Positions 17,432 through 25,699 of a stretch of 26,982 nt of DNA are shown here, piece by piece. This DNA is from a virus (Duplodnaviria > Caudoviricetes). Numbering within the stretch: position 1 is the stretch's first letter; each line of letters opens with the position of its first letter. The DNA lies in the IMG/VR virus record IMGVR_UViG_3300017754_001200, positions 1-26,982 of that record; one strand, written 5' to 3'. The notes under the pieces were generated by a model. That model was not told the DNA's origin and ran no database searches. It saw nothing but the letters and a program-made list of their open reading frames with translations. The translations under genes and the position numbers were made by a program.

Positions 17432-18451
17432 TTAGATTATTACACCATTGTGAATTTCTTTGTTTTGTACACTTATATTACCTTGAGAATTCACATATGC
17501 TATTGCAAAACCATGCATCCAATCATTGTTTGGAAGATAGTCTGCTCTTAATCCACATAAACAACCTACTGTATAATAGGTAGTGATGCTACCGGATAAT
17601 TGATGCTTTACATGCTTCTTATCTGGCCTATGCTTATCTCCTGTCAAAGTACTTTCGTGTGCCTTTAAAGATACAGCATGTGCAGGAGAAACCCTACTAT
17701 TTCCTGAGATTTCATTACCATGGATAATCCAGAGACTACCATACTTAATAGGCTGATTATTAGGTATCCACGTAATTTGTTTCTCACCTAGTCTCAATTT
17801 AGATGGAATTGTGTATTCCTCATCATCCCATATTTCAATAGCTCTAGCTCTTAACCAAACTGGCCAGCGCTTTTCATGATTACCCTCTTTAAAATAGATA
17901 GGTATATTTGGAAAAGCTTTTCTTACAGCTTCTAGAAACTGAGAACCCAGTTCAAACTCTTTCTTAATACGAGCTTTCCCTGGGTCTTTAAAGTGTCTTG
18001 ATACTTGGTGCATATCTAGAATATCTCCATTAAGAAGCAATCCATCTATGTTTTCATTTTGTAGATCTCTAATTGCTACTGTAAGTGCTGTGATATCATG
18101 CTCTGGAATGTGCACATCAGAAATAATACCTAGTTTACTGATAGATGTAGGTATGACAAAATGCTCTGTTGGTGCATAATCTGACTCTGGTAAATCAAAA
18201 GGATTTATTGGTTTGGCATCAGAACCATAAGCTAGTGTATCTAGCTTTTTATCTTTTGCAAGTTGCTTTCTTTTTGTTATACCACTAGCACCTGTATAAT
18301 AACGCAGAGAAGTATATGCACTTTCAACATTTCCAAAAACTAATTTATTTTCCGCATAGATTTTCCTAGCTAAAGTTTTCTTAGGAGACTTGGGAAATTT
18401 CTTGACATACTTTGAAATGATTTCAAAGTACTTTTTGTTATTTGCTCCCAT
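17432..18451 (-). CDS. Calcineurin-like metallophosphoesterase with a basic N-terminal extension
   Basis: Motifs ISDVH, NGDILD, EGNHE and IHG; the final motif reads GDKH instead of GHxH. Confidence 0.85.
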   Translation of the reverse strand: MGANNKKYFEIISKYVKKFPKSPKKTLARKIYAENKLVFGNVESAYTSLRYYTGASGITKRKQLAKDKKLDTLAYGSDAKPINPFDLPESDYAPTEHFVIPTSISKLGIISDVHIPEHDITALTVAIRDLQNENIDGLLLNGDILDMHQVSRHFKDPGKARIKKEFELGSQFLEAVRKAFPNIPIYFKEGNHEKRWPVWLRARAIEIWDDEEYTIPSKLRLGEKQITWIPNNQPIKYGSLWIIHGNEISGNSRVSPAHAVSLKAHESTLTGDKHRPDKKHVKHQLSGSITTYYTVGCLCGLRADYLPNNDWMHGFAIAYVNSQGNISVQNKEIHNGVII

Positions 18452-18453
18452 GA

Positions 18454-18999
18454 TTAAAACTCTTTAAGTAAAGTGTATGTGAAAGCTTTTTTATTGCTTG
18501 CTTTAGCTTCATCAAGAAGAGTTTTAAAATCTGCAGGGTTATTTAGAACTTGACAACCAGCTGACCACTTATCAATGATCTTAGAAATAGCTGTAGGATT
18601 TGCTCTGTGAATATTGATTCCAAATAGGCCAGTATCTGTAGTAGAAGTTTCTTCGGATTTATCATTAAGATTTTTATCTCTGAAAACTGTTACTGGTTTT
18701 ACTTGTTTGAAAGCTTCATACTTTCCTTGGTGTAGACCAATGGCCCAAGTATCAATATACTGGCCAGGTTTAAGTACAGCTGTACCTTTAGGATTCATAA
18801 TAGTTTTAAGCCAATGAGTTCCTGGATTTGTAGTACCTGTAAACCAAGTAATTTTACCATTGTTTATCAGAGCTATCATATCGTCAAACTCATTAGGTTT
18901 GTCCAATGTAGATCTCACACCTACAATCATAAACTCAAACCACTCATATCCAAGTCTTTTAAACTCAAATTGTAGTTCTCCAATAGTGTACTTTTTCAT
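18454..18999 (-). CDS. Putative endolysin with a YkuD/L,D-transpeptidase-like catalytic motif
   Basis: Start reassigned to ATG 18999 (MKKYTIGELQ). GINIH-x14-SAGCQV matches the YkuD Hx(14-17)[ST]xGC motif. Follows three membrane-protein genes. Confidence 0.65.
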   Translation of the reverse strand: MKKYTIGELQFEFKRLGYEWFEFMIVGVRSTLDKPNEFDDMIALINNGKITWFTGTTNPGTHWLKTIMNPKGTAVLKPGQYIDTWAIGLHQGKYEAFKQVKPVTVFRDKNLNDKSEETSTTDTGLFGINIHRANPTAISKIIDKWSAGCQVLNNPADFKTLLDEAKASNKKAFTYTLLKEF

Positions 19000-19000
19000 G

Positions 19001-19306
19001 TTAGTTTTGTTTTTTATTGTTAGCATTAAACTGATAGCCAAAGACTATTAAGACTACATTTTTAATTAACTCAAAAAGACTGTTTCTCATAGAGTCATTG
19101 AGCAATTGTATCTTCCAAGATACTAGAACATCAACTATAAATAATCCTAAGAACGCTGCTAAGAGAAGAGATATGAATCTGGTAAGCCACTGCTTTTCTT
19201 CAAGCTGCTGGTCAATCATTTTATTGACATACCACACAGATAAGGCTACAAACCCTAAAGAAAGTAGCACTCCAAAAATCATCATCCATCCGCCTGCAGA
19301 ATACAT
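19001..19306 (-). CDS. Three-TM membrane protein, holin candidate
   Basis: Three hydrophobic segments and a basic C-terminus; immediately upstream of the lysin candidate. Confidence 0.55.
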   Translation of the reverse strand: MYSAGGWMMIFGVLLSLGFVALSVWYVNKMIDQQLEEKQWLTRFISLLLAAFLGLFIVDVLVSWKIQLLNDSMRNSLFELIKNVVLIVFGYQFNANNKKQN

Positions 19307-19548
19307 TATTCTTCGGTTTTATTAGCTCCTTTAAAGCTAAATTTATCTAAAGTTGTTCCTGCTATACAAGCAATTGCTATACTTTCTACAGCATGTACAA
19401 GTGTATCAGAAGGCTTAATAGTTTCATGAGAAAAACTATTTAGAGTCATTGTTCCACATAGGAATAGTGCACAGATTGCACCAATCATTCTCTTATGTGA
19501 TATTGTTCCTCTTTCATCCTGGAACATTGATTTGAAAAATGTTTTCAT
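19306..19548 (-). CDS. Two-TM membrane protein, holin-like
   Basis: G.ISHKR then two hydrophobic helices, ending TLDKFS; TAATG-coupled to the next gene. Confidence 0.55.
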   Translation of the reverse strand: MKTFFKSMFQDERGTISHKRMIGAICALFLCGTMTLNSFSHETIKPSDTLVHAVESIAIACIAGTTLDKFSFKGANKTEE

Positions 19549-19550
19549 AA

Positions 19551-19805
19551 TTAAATATGATTAGAGAACCAATCCCACATAGATTTTAAGCCACCACCAA
19601 TTGCAATAGCAAAACCTCCACCAACCCACTTTACTTTTTTATCAACCTCAACATATCTTTCCACTTTCTTAAGGCGTGGAACTAAGCCTTTTTCTTTATC
19701 ATAATCATCACCCACAAGTGCTTTATGGATATCATCCATTTTATCTTTTAAGCAGCCAAGTTCTTTTTTGATTACAGTGATGTCTTCCTGGGTTCCCATA
19801 TACAA
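19551..19805 (-). CDS. Coiled-coil protein with a C-terminal membrane anchor (lysis accessory candidate)
   Basis: MDDIHKALVG...KGLVPRLKKVE followed by WVGGGFAIAIGGGL. Confidence 0.55.
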   Translation of the reverse strand: MYMGTQEDITVIKKELGCLKDKMDDIHKALVGDDYDKEKGLVPRLKKVERYVEVDKKVKWVGGGFAIAIGGGLKSMWDWFSNHI

Positions 19806-19818
19806 ACAAACATTAATT

Positions 19819-20028
19819 TTAAATAGGTATTATTATTGGATCATAATCTATCAGAGGAAGGTTTTTTACCCATAGATAGTCAGGATTTATACAATGATCA
19901 ATCTCTTCCGTAGAGATAACCCAGTTATCATTAGCATCTTGGATTGGATAGAAATAACTATCAGGAGCATATAATTGCCCCACTAAATCATCCTTTTGCT
20001 GTATTGTAAGTAATCCTACCTTTTTCAT
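19819..20028 (-). CDS. Small acidic protein, probable fibre partner/chaperone
   Basis: 69 aa (VGLLT..QKD.L.GQ.Y.PDSYF.PIQD.NDNW.IS.EEI); TAATG-coupled to the upstream beta-rich gene. Confidence 0.6.
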   Translation of the reverse strand: MKKVGLLTIQQKDDLVGQLYAPDSYFYPIQDANDNWVISTEEIDHCINPDYLWVKNLPLIDYDPIIIPI

Positions 20029-20864
20029 TATATCTGTCTACCTAGAGTTGTTTGAAAAGTCTGAACAGCTGTGTAATAACTTGATACTTGTGTGCCAGTT
20101 AATCCTGTACCCATTGATGCAAAAGCTAATTGGTGTCCAGATGGTTGACCAAGACTACCATTAGCATTTAATCCTCCAATCCAGGTACCTACATTTGGTT
20201 GACTACCTACGTTAGCATTGGTAGTAGTATTAATAGATACACCATTTTTATATACTTTAAAGCCTCCTGCTGCTAAACTAGTTCTTGAGTTTAACCAAAA
20301 AGCTCTAGAATCTGGAGATGCCGCAGTCAATCTTCCATAGAAATCCTGAACATCATAGACATCCATGTAGTAATTATTATTGTATTTAGTTGCCATGTAG
20401 TTTCTTTGATAACCACCGCCTGCTCCTAGTACACCTATTTGACAACCAAAATCATTTATATTACTTCTGTCATAAACAGCTCTATGAGTACTACCAAATG
20501 TTTCTATGGTGCTTTCAACATAACCAGGATCTCCATAAGAGTTGATGTTGTTAAACTGTACACCATTTGCACTATGTGTAACACCACCAAACCATGTTAT
20601 CTGATAAGTAGATGGGTTCTTAAGATTGTATCTATGTGTAGTAGCACTGCCACCTACAAAAGGATAAATAGCATTTAACAAAGACCATACTCCAGTAGAT
20701 TTAAGATCAGCAACTAATTGACAAATTGCTGCTATTTGAGTAGCATCAGTGATACCTGCTGCAGTAATAAAAGTTTGTGCATCAGCATCACAAGTGTCAG
20801 TAGGAAGCACAATATACCTCTTACCAACACCAATATACTTGTCAGTATTTATAGTTGTACTCAT
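20028..20864 (-). CDS. Virion fibre/adhesin-like protein with a probable ConA/LamG-like C-terminal domain
   Basis: DADAQTFITAAGITD..Q..AI..LV.DLK..G.W...AIYPFVGG, then a beta-rich region with KVYKNG and IGGLN. Confidence 0.55.
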   Translation of the reverse strand: MSTTINTDKYIGVGKRYIVLPTDTCDADAQTFITAAGITDATQIAAICQLVADLKSTGVWSLLNAIYPFVGGSATTHRYNLKNPSTYQITWFGGVTHSANGVQFNNINSYGDPGYVESTIETFGSTHRAVYDRSNINDFGCQIGVLGAGGGYQRNYMATKYNNNYYMDVYDVQDFYGRLTAASPDSRAFWLNSRTSLAAGGFKVYKNGVSINTTTNANVGSQPNVGTWIGGLNANGSLGQPSGHQLAFASMGTGLTGTQVSSYYTAVQTFQTTLGRQI

Positions 20865-21235
20865 TAATCTGCAGTATAAGCTACAATTAAAGTGCTACCT
20901 GTTGCAACCCAAGAAAATAAATTTCCGGAATAATAGCTATTTGCTCCAGGATCATAGTTTACAGTTACACCTGCAGGAATACTAATTGGTCCACTACCAC
21001 CAACTGTAAGTGTAATAGCTGCAGATCCTACATTAGAAAATGATGCATTATATACAACTGTAGATCCAGATAAATCACCGGTGCCTGTAGATGATATAAG
21101 ATAAGGGAATTTCTCTACGCTAGTTACTGGTGTACCAAGAGCTGTTAAGATATCTCCTAATAGTTGAAGATTTCTTAATTGGTATGGGAGATTATTCCCT
21201 TTATTACCATAGTCTTTTAAATTTCCTATTGACAT
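20864..21235 (-). CDS. Virion decoration/head-fibre-like protein (short)
   Basis: 123 aa: the shared 29-aa N-terminus plus a small beta-sandwich-like domain. Confidence 0.55.
   Translation of the reverse strand: MSIGNLKDYGNKGNNLPYQLRNLQLLGDILTALGTPVTSVEKFPYLISSTGTGDLSGSTVVYNASFSNVGSAAITLTVGGSGPISIPAGVTVNYDPGANSYYSGNLFSWVATGSTLIVAYTAD
21149..21235 (-). repeat. Shared N-terminal peptide, copy B (MSIGNLKDYGNKGNNLPYQLRNLQLLGDI)
   Basis: 29/29 aa identical to 22489-22575; 17 of the 29 codons differ synonymously. Confidence 0.95.
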
Positions 21236-21252
21236 GTTATTGATTTTTTATT

Positions 21253-22575
21253 TTATCTACTTACTTCTTCCCAATCCATGGAAGCGTATATGAGTTCTGT
21301 ATTTGTACTAGCACTTACTACTAAGGTCAGCTCGTAAGGTGTATTTGTGAAGCTGTCTCTTTCTAACTGAAACTTAAACAATGCTTCTTTCAAGATATCT
21401 AAGCTAACAGATGCTTGAGTACTTGAGGTAAGGAATCCTGATGCTAGTGTTCTTCCTCCAGCAAAACTTACACCTGTTATGTTATAGTTGACAGATGAGT
21501 CAGTACCCGCTGATACCCAACTTCCTCCGGTTGTTGTCCCACTAGCTATTACTTTCCAACTATAAATACCTGTTCCTACACCCATTATAGATAAAGCTGT
21601 AAGTATTACTATAGCATCTAAACTTGAAGTTTTTAACTGCAGACTAATAATAGGATAATAAGTACCAGCAACTGCTAAACTTCTAGGAGCAGTAATAGGT
21701 ATACCTATAGCTTGCTGTAAACCTCTTAGCTCATAACCACCTTCAGAAATAACTGTAGAACAGATTTGTTTTAGAGTTCCTGATGTAGTTGTTACTCCGG
21801 TATTGGTAATCTCTATTCTTAGAGGTAGAGATGCTGTGGTAATATAAGTTGATAGAATAAGATTGGCATGATGAAAAGCATGGCACACAATAAAGGCGCC
21901 ATCAATTATAAAACCTGTTCTTACAGTTCCTACACCTAGCCACTCAATATCCATGAACATGATCTGTGACTTAGATATATCTAGTGTAAGTCCTGAAGGA
22001 CCACTACCATTTAGTGGATCTACATTCCATGAAGCTTGATTTACTACAGTTTCAGTAACAGCTCCTGTAACTAGACTTCTTTCTACAAAGCTTAATGTGC
22101 TATCATTTAGTTGCAAGTAGATACCATTGTCTGTACCAAAGTAACCAGCTCTTTGTCTGCGATTATTTTCAGCAGGTGAAAACACAAAAGTATTTAGTAC
22201 TAGTAGTGATTTACCTGGTTGATATGAGAATACTTTAGTTGTTTCACGAAGAACTTGTGATCCACTAGTAGTGTTTACATTTAGATTTACTAGTCCTTCA
22301 TTAGCACTAAATACTGCTGAACCACCACTAGCTGTAGAGGTATTCCATAGACCATTATCATGATATCTATTAGAAGAATCAAATAAAGTCAAAGGATTAG
22401 ATACACGAAGTCTACCAAAAGCATCATTAGCCATAGGCCCTACAGAAGAGGGAACTATAGCATTGGTAAGATCTATAATACCTGTATTAATATCTCCCAG
22501 AAGCTGTAGATTTCTAAGCTGGTAAGGTAAATTATTACCCTTATTGCCATAATCTTTTAGGTTACCTATACTCAT
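21253..22575 (-). CDS. Virion decoration/fibre-like protein (long)
   Basis: 440 aa: the shared N-terminus, then a DAFGRLRVS.P.TLFDS...YQPGKS...WLGVGTVR.GF beta-rich phage structural domain. Confidence 0.6.
   Translation of the reverse strand: MSIGNLKDYGNKGNNLPYQLRNLQLLGDINTGIIDLTNAIVPSSVGPMANDAFGRLRVSNPLTLFDSSNRYHDNGLWNTSTASGGSAVFSANEGLVNLNVNTTSGSQVLRETTKVFSYQPGKSLLVLNTFVFSPAENNRRQRAGYFGTDNGIYLQLNDSTLSFVERSLVTGAVTETVVNQASWNVDPLNGSGPSGLTLDISKSQIMFMDIEWLGVGTVRTGFIIDGAFIVCHAFHHANLILSTYITTASLPLRIEITNTGVTTTSGTLKQICSTVISEGGYELRGLQQAIGIPITAPRSLAVAGTYYPIISLQLKTSSLDAIVILTALSIMGVGTGIYSWKVIASGTTTGGSWVSAGTDSSVNYNITGVSFAGGRTLASGFLTSSTQASVSLDILKEALFKFQLERDSFTNTPYELTLVVSASTNTELIYASMDWEEVSR
22489..22575 (-). 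repeat. Shared N-terminal peptide, copy A
   Basis: Encodes the same 29 residues as 21149-21235. Confidence 0.95.
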
Positions 22576-22589
22576 ACTAAGTCTTTATG

Positions 22590-22606
22590 TATAATATAAC
22601 AAATTT
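22590..22606 (-). promoter_or_regulatory. Putative late promoter AAATTTGTTATATTATA
   Basis: + strand TATAATATAACAAATTT, intergenic, 15 nt upstream of the ATG at 22575. Confidence 0.65.
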
Positions 22607-22638
22607 AATCTAAAATATGAAATATCAAATTAAAAGGA

Positions 22639-24738
22639 TTATACTAGGTTTTCAATTTTAACATTGACCTGGTTTACAGTCCAAGCAGAGGAAGCTCCAG
22701 TATTGAGAACTAATCCAAGAAAAGCACCAGCAGTTGTAGAGTTAAATCCTGCTGATGTAGTAAACACACCTCCTTGACCAGTAGATAAACCAGTAGTAGG
22801 TAACAGATGGACTAGCATATAATGACCTACTAATACAGCACTTGCACCAACAGTTCTGAACACACATTCAATAGTTATTTTACCAGTATCAGCAATAGCA
22901 GTTTGAGCATTACCTGTAAAGTTAAGAATAGCAGTATCAGCAGTAGTAGAAGTAGTACCAAACCTAACAGACCACAATGGAGCAGCAGTACCCGCAGCAG
23001 TTTTAGTAACAGATACAGTCCAAGTAACTACTGTACCAGCTTTTATATTAGCATTTGTTATTGCTGATCCAGTAAGATAAGTTGCAGTATTAGCAGTGAT
23101 TGCTTGAGTACCAGTGCTATTGTTATACTGTAATCGAGACTTGTTATTCCAAGTAGTAGCACTAGTTATTCTTGAATCAGCAAGTGTACCTGTCCAACCA
23201 GCTGTAATAGTTACTGGTTGTAGCAAAGCTGTAGAAGGAGTACCAGATAAAGTAAGAGTAACATTGGTATCATCTACTTCAGTAAGATCTGATGGAGTAA
23301 CAGTAGGAATAGTAGGGAATGTAGCTAATGATCCATCGCCTCTTAAATACTGAGCTGTAGTACCCGTAGGTATTGGGAAATAGGTTGATGCAGCAGAAGC
23401 AGTAGTAAGATAACCTGTTAATGCAGATGAGGTTATATATCCAGAATCATTTGTTAAAAGACTGATATTCAACCCACTAATTGTAGTAAGGTAAGATCCT
23501 ATTGGCTGATAGGTAGCAGCTGCTGAGGCAGTAGTAAGATAAGAACTCAAACTAGCTACAGTAGCAATCACTGAAGAGTCTACTGATAATACGTTAGGAG
23601 TAAGCTCTTGTAATCCATAGCCAGCGCTAACTGCTTGAGCTGTGTTAAACTGAACATAGGATATACTTGTAACACCTATTGTTACAGTTCCACTAGTGTT
23701 CATTATAAATCCATAACCACCATATAGAGTACCTTGAATAACAAAAGTAAAATCTCCATAAGCTACTTCACCGGCTGGACTATTATCTGCATCACTAGAT
23801 CTAGTTAGAATAAAAGGAGTTGTTGGACTACCTGCATCTGTTACATCATAGATACCATTTTGTAATCCTGCACTTTGTTGCCAAACAAGAACCCTATCCC
23901 CAACTAACATTGAATAACTATCTACTACTAAAGCACCATTAGATGTAGCAGTTAAAGTAGCTCCAACACCACCTACACCATTAATATAAGTAGCTGATAA
24001 GTTACCTGTAGTAGCAGCATGTACTGGTGAGTGGAAGTTAATCCCTGCTGCAATATTATCTACATATTGCTTAGTTGCTGCACCTAGTGCTATAGTGGGA
24101 TCAGCATTAAGAATTAGGGCCCCGGTCATAGTATCTCCACCCTTATTTACTGGAGTATAACCTAAAGCTGTAGTAACATCTCCTGAAGTTATACCCGAGA
24201 TATATCCACTAGGATTTGTAAGTGGATAATAAGTAGAAGCTGCTGTGGCCGAAGTTAAATACCCAGTTAATGCTGAAGAAGTAATGTACCCGGAGTCATT
24301 AGTAAGTGAGCTAATATTCAACCCAGTTATACTACTTAGATAACCACTTGGGTTAGCTGCACTATAAGGAGTGAATCCAAGTGCACTAGTTACTTGTAAT
24401 GAAGTAAGAGTAAGTGCACCACCTAGGGTAAGACTACCTGATGATGATACTGATCCTGAGAGAGTTAATCCTGACACAGTACCAGTACCAGAAACTGAAG
24501 TAACAGTTCCTACAGACCAAGTTCTATTAGCACTTAAATCATAACTTGTACCATTAATAGTAAGAGTTCTAGTAGTAGGTACAAAAGATCCTGCACTAGG
24601 ACCAATCTCAGTACCACCCAAAGTGACACCATCACCTACATAAAATTTCTTAGTATCAGTTGTGTAGGCTATTTCACCTTCTTCCAAAACAACTGCAAGT
24701 CTCTGGGAATCAGTACCCCTTCTTACTCTTATTGCCAT
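22639..24738 (-). CDS. Tail/head fibre protein with an Mtd-N-like N-terminal domain
   Basis: MAIRVRRGT....L.EGEIAYTTDTKKFYVGDG (major tropism determinant N-terminal-like), a T/S/G-rich shaft, an AATKQYVD motif, a GDRVLV..Q...QNGIY domain and a beta-rich C-terminus. Confidence 0.8.
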   Translation of the reverse strand: MAIRVRRGTDSQRLAVVLEEGEIAYTTDTKKFYVGDGVTLGGTEIGPSAGSFVPTTRTLTINGTSYDLSANRTWSVGTVTSVSGTGTVSGLTLSGSVSSSGSLTLGGALTLTSLQVTSALGFTPYSAANPSGYLSSITGLNISSLTNDSGYITSSALTGYLTSATAASTYYPLTNPSGYISGITSGDVTTALGYTPVNKGGDTMTGALILNADPTIALGAATKQYVDNIAAGINFHSPVHAATTGNLSATYINGVGGVGATLTATSNGALVVDSYSMLVGDRVLVWQQSAGLQNGIYDVTDAGSPTTPFILTRSSDADNSPAGEVAYGDFTFVIQGTLYGGYGFIMNTSGTVTIGVTSISYVQFNTAQAVSAGYGLQELTPNVLSVDSSVIATVASLSSYLTTASAAATYQPIGSYLTTISGLNISLLTNDSGYITSSALTGYLTTASAASTYFPIPTGTTAQYLRGDGSLATFPTIPTVTPSDLTEVDDTNVTLTLSGTPSTALLQPVTITAGWTGTLADSRITSATTWNNKSRLQYNNSTGTQAITANTATYLTGSAITNANIKAGTVVTWTVSVTKTAAGTAAPLWSVRFGTTSTTADTAILNFTGNAQTAIADTGKITIECVFRTVGASAVLVGHYMLVHLLPTTGLSTGQGGVFTTSAGFNSTTAGAFLGLVLNTGASSAWTVNQVNVKIENLV
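23374..24342 (-). repeat. Two 40-aa repeats within the fibre (24223-24342 and 23374-23493)
   Basis: YLSSITGLNISSLTNDSGYITSSALTGYLTSATAASTYYP versus YLTTISGLNISLLTNDSGYITSSALTGYLTTASAASTYFP, 33/40 identical. Confidence 0.9.
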
Positions 24739-24749
24739 AATATAAAGTA

Positions 24750-25229
24750 TTAAAAAATTCCTGCGTCTATAAGTGTATTATCTGAGGGAGCTACAAAAGT
24801 ACCCCCATCTATAAGCACATTAGAATTGGTCCCCCCACCACCTCCTCCACCAGTACCATCAATCAAGAAACTATACTGAGTATCTAATTCTGTAGAACTC
24901 AGAGCAATTCCTAATTGCTGTACAACTTCAGTACTTGTAGGTAAAACATTAGTTACTCCTCCTGCAACACTAGGATCTGAATAATAAGTATCCCCGGGGG
25001 TTAATCCTGACAAAGCATTATTAACAGTATTAAGAGGATAGACCTGGGCAAGGTCACCTATACTATAATTAGAAAGTACAAACCCAAATATAACACTATA
25101 AGGATTTATAATAGCTTTCTTAATCTTAGAAGTTGTGGCATCTACTTTATATAAAATAACAAAATCCCCAGCATTAAGATTGCTAGTAGTATAGTACCCA
25201 AGATAACGTGTAGGAAGATAGCTGCTCAT
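24750..25229 (-). CDS. Capsid-cement/fibre-associated protein with a poly-Gly linker
   Basis: SGLTPGDTYY.....G......P....VVQQLGIALS.TEL domain, GTGGGGGGGT linker and a C-terminal IDGGTF/IDAGIF pair. Confidence 0.55.
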   Translation of the reverse strand: MSSYLPTRYLGYYTTSNLNAGDFVILYKVDATTSKIKKAIINPYSVIFGFVLSNYSIGDLAQVYPLNTVNNALSGLTPGDTYYSDPSVAGGVTNVLPTSTEVVQQLGIALSSTELDTQYSFLIDGTGGGGGGGTNSNVLIDGGTFVAPSDNTLIDAGIF

Positions 25230-25234
25230 ACCTA

Positions 25235-25250
25235 TATAATATACACAAAT
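25235..25250 (-). promoter_or_regulatory. Putative late promoter ATTTGTGTATATTATA at the head of the late block
   Basis: + strand TATAATATACACAAAT, ending 5 nt before the ATG at 25229. Confidence 0.65.
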
Positions 25251-25606
25251 ATAACCATATAAGCATATAGTCTTAGGCCATAAGGGGGATTAAAGTCTTA
25301 AGGAGGGTATAGATATAATCTGTGTATGGGAATGTGTGGGGTATAGGGATAGGAAAATTATACAAGTGATAGAGTTTAAGGGGTACAATAAGCTAATCCC
25401 CCGGGCATCAATAGAATCTGGTGGTACCCCCTATGTTACCAGGGTGCACTGTGTATTTCTGGTAAAAATCAAAAGCATTCTTTTTGTCAGGGGAAAATGT
25501 TTAGGCTTGTGTGTGATGTGCTTTGTGAGATTGGTGGCTAAGCTTGGTGGTTGTTGTTGTTCTTGTCAAGCGAGGGGGGGAGGGTGTGTTGTTTATATTA
25601 ACTAAA
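25251..25606. other. Non-coding divergent strand-switch region (possible genome terminus/junction, packaging site or origin)
   Basis: No credible ORF; G/T-skewed + strand, G and C homopolymer runs, and inverted repeats at 25418-25465. Confidence 0.5.
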
Positions 25607-25626
25607 AAAAGCTTTTCTCTTTACTA
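25607..25626 (+). promoter_or_regulatory. Early-type repeat 1, AAAAGCTTTTCTCTTTACTA
   Basis: One of three copies, each upstream of a CGCT-ATG start. Confidence 0.7.
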
Positions 25627-25699
25627 TATATGGGGGTTTGTTGATAATAAAAGCATGAGGCTTTTGTGCAAACCTTCACAAATTAAATACTTAACCGCT

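Noticed and set aside
1471-23353. Numerous plus-strand ORFs in the track (e.g. 1471..1731, 2993..3304, 8089..8496, 8740..9174, 23114..23353)
   Set aside because: They are antisense shadows of well-supported minus-strand genes. Their F/L/S-rich composition mirrors K/E-rich codons on the other strand.
22639-24738. Diversity-generating retroelement suggested by the Mtd-N-like domain
   Set aside because: No reverse transcriptase and no TR/VR pair differing only at adenines. The visible repeats differ mainly at synonymous positions.
24738-24744. TAATATA overlapping the fibre gene start
   Set aside because: Core only, in an 11-nt gap and lacking the ATTTG part; plausible by chance in AT-rich DNA.
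25328-25353. G-quadruplex candidate GGG-N7-GGGG-N4-GGG-N3-GG
   Set aside because: Only three runs of three or more G, too weak to call separately from the general G skew.
25336-25699. ORF 25336..25605 and the N-terminal extension of 25544..25999
   Set aside because: Low-complexity V/C/G translation of skewed non-coding DNA, crossing the promoter-like repeat.
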